From: Oceanispirochaeta sp.
GTDB lineage: Bacteria; Spirochaetota; Spirochaetia; DSM-2461
Length of the DNA: 64,000 nt
NCBI GenBank assembly: GCA_963663385.2
Contig: CAXXXD010000002.1
Location: 1,472,001 to 1,536,000 of the forward strand
Direction of reading: 5' to 3'
A program made the translations under genes and the position numbers. The first letter of the stretch is position 1; each line of letters begins with the position of its first letter. Below are positions 62,393-64,000 of this stretch, in pieces. A model generated the notes under the pieces. That model made no database searches and was not told where the DNA came from. It worked only from the letters and a program-made list of their open reading frames with translations.

Positions 62393-62851
62393 ATGGGATT
62401 ATTCAGTTCTATTAATACAGCGGCAACCGGTCTCTCCGCGGAAAGAATGAGACTGGATGTTATTTCCGATAATATCGCCAATGCCAATACAACCAGAACT
62501 GCCGACGGCGGACCCTTTCGCAAGAGCCGTGTAGTATTCCGTCCTGCCGTGGATCAGCCCTACTGGCGTTCTCCCTTTCTTCCGGAATCTCTGGATAACG
62601 GAATCGGACAGGGCGTTCAGGTTTCCAGTATCGAAAAGGATATGGATTCCGAACTGCGCCTGGTTTATGATCCAACCCATCCTGATGCGATTAAAACCGG
62701 ACCCAAAAAGGGATATGTAGAGTATCCCAATGTCAACGTTGTTAATGAAATGGTGGATATGATCTCTGCCACCAGAGCCTACGAAGCAAATGTGGCCATT
62801 ATGGACGGCAGTAAAAGCATGTTTCGTAAAGCTCTGGAAATCGGGAGATAG
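62393..62851 (+). CDS. flgC: Flagellar basal-body rod protein FlgC
   Basis: NIANANTT, YDPTHPDA, PNVNVVNEMVDMISATRAYEAN. Confidence 0.97.
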   Translation: MGLFSSINTAATGLSAERMRLDVISDNIANANTTRTADGGPFRKSRVVFRPAVDQPYWRSPFLPESLDNGIGQGVQVSSIEKDMDSELRLVYDPTHPDAIKTGPKKGYVEYPNVNVVNEMVDMISATRAYEANVAIMDGSKSMFRKALEIGR

Positions 62852-62854
62852 TAG

Positions 62855-63199
62855 ATGAGCAGTATACTGAATACCATTAACGAATCCATGGCTGCGGGGA
62901 ATCATATTACCATGAACCGGACGGATGCCCGGCATATGAAGCTCGCCGGACAGAATGATCCCGGTGTGATTCCCGAAGAGTCCACATTTTCCGATCTGGT
63001 TCGCAAGGGGCTGAATGCCGCCAATCAGGATCAGATAGACAGTTCCAACATGTTTGTTAAAATGATCACGGAACCGGATTCCATTGAAGCTCATGACGTA
63101 AGCATTGCCATGGCTAAAGCCAATATGTCTCTGCAGATGACAAAAAGTATAGTAGACGGGGCCGTACAGGCCTATAAAGATATTATTAATATGAGATAG
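62855..63199 (+). CDS. fliE: Flagellar hook-basal body protein FliE
   Basis: HDVSIAMAKA...VQAYKDIINMR; position. Confidence 0.9.
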   Translation: MSSILNTINESMAAGNHITMNRTDARHMKLAGQNDPGVIPEESTFSDLVRKGLNAANQDQIDSSNMFVKMITEPDSIEAHDVSIAMAKANMSLQMTKSIVDGAVQAYKDIINMR

Positions 63200-63264
63200 A
63201 TGCTGATAAGGGTTCTCCTGGTCTATAGCCGGAGATACCTCAGTTTTCACCGTGGGAGGGGGAA

Positions 63265-64000
63265 ATGCTGGAATGGATTAGAAAACTGCTGAGCCGGATT
63301 TCGACTGTCTGGGGTAAGTGGTCACTCGTTCAAAAACTGATATTCTCGGGTATCCTTGCAGGAGCCCTTGTAGGTATCATTCTACTGTTTACAGTCTCAT
63401 CAACACCTAGTATGGTCCCTCTTCTGGGGGTTCCCATTACCGATCAGGATACAAACGACCGTATTATGCTTAAACTTGATGAGGAAGGTGTTTCCTACAG
63501 GCTTAATGCGGACGGACGGATCTATGTGAGTGATGAAAAAGCCGCCCGGAATATGCGATCCCTGCTTATACGGGAAGACCTTATTCCCTCCGAAACCGAT
63601 CCCTGGGCCATATTTGATGTGGAACGCTGGACTCTGACAGATTTCGAAAGGGATGTTAATCTCAGAAGGGCCATAACCTCCAGTCTGGAGCAGCATATTG
63701 AAGCCCTCGCTGATGTGGATAATGCAGAGGTTTCTCTGGTTATGCCCGAGAAAACCCTCTTTGCCAGTGAACAGAACCCAGTTACCGTGTCTGCTGTACT
63801 TACACCGCGCCCCGGCAGCGATATCAGTGAAAACCGGAATAAGATCGAAGGTATTGTAAAACTGATCCAGTTTGCCGTAGAGGGCCTGACCGAAGATAAT
63901 ATTACCATCCTCGATTATAATGGAACCATACTGAATGATTTCAGGGGAATGGAAAATCTGGACCGGCTGGAATTGACCAGCCGGATGCTCAGGCAGAAAA
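63265..64000 (+). CDS. fliF: Flagellar MS-ring protein FliF (5' part, runs off the window; absent from the ORF track)
   Basis: GGAGG RBS then MLEWIRKLL..., a TM segment, TDFERDVNLRRA, VSLVMPEKTLF, FAVEGLTEDNITI. Confidence 0.9.
   Translation, partial: MLEWIRKLLSRISTVWGKWSLVQKLIFSGILAGALVGIILLFTVSSTPSMVPLLGVPITDQDTNDRIMLKLDEEGVSYRLNADGRIYVSDEKAARNMRSLLIREDLIPSETDPWAIFDVERWTLTDFERDVNLRRAITSSLEQHIEALADVDNAEVSLVMPEKTLFASEQNPVTVSAVLTPRPGSDISENRNKIEGIVKLIQFAVEGLTEDNITILDYNGTILNDFRGMENLDRLELTSRMLRQK

Overview
A 64-kb chromosomal segment of a spirochaete, probably a free-living Spirochaetaceae such as Spirochaeta/Oceanispirochaeta (inferred from 16S signatures and Treponema/Borrelia-like gene order). 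Most of it is housekeeping: rsmA, dapA/dapB, pta, mtaB, adk, a duplicated tRNA-Lys/tRNA-Glu pair, a complete rrn operon (16S, tRNA-Ile, 23S, 5S), cheW-nadK-recN, a GH57 glycogen locus, the spirochaetal dcw cluster (mraZ to ftsZ), then xerD, a TPR gene, dprA, xerC, hslVU and the start of the flagellar operon flgB-flgC-fliE-fliF. The standout is an AT-rich, tightly coupled 7-gene minus-strand operon (27763-33621) just behind the 5S terminator. It encodes two intact radical SAM/SPASM enzymes, two degenerate rSAM/SPASM relatives (one fused to a TatB-like membrane anchor), its own TatA and TatC, and an 87-aa precursor. The precursor has a twin-arginine signal, a lipobox Cys and a 40-residue core with 28 Tyr built from four YS[D/N]YYN units. 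This looks like a RiPP-like system making a radical-SAM-modified (possibly Tyr cross-linked) lipoprotein with a dedicated Tat exporter. The motifs are seen directly in the sequence; the chemistry and the novelty are inference, and no database searches were run.
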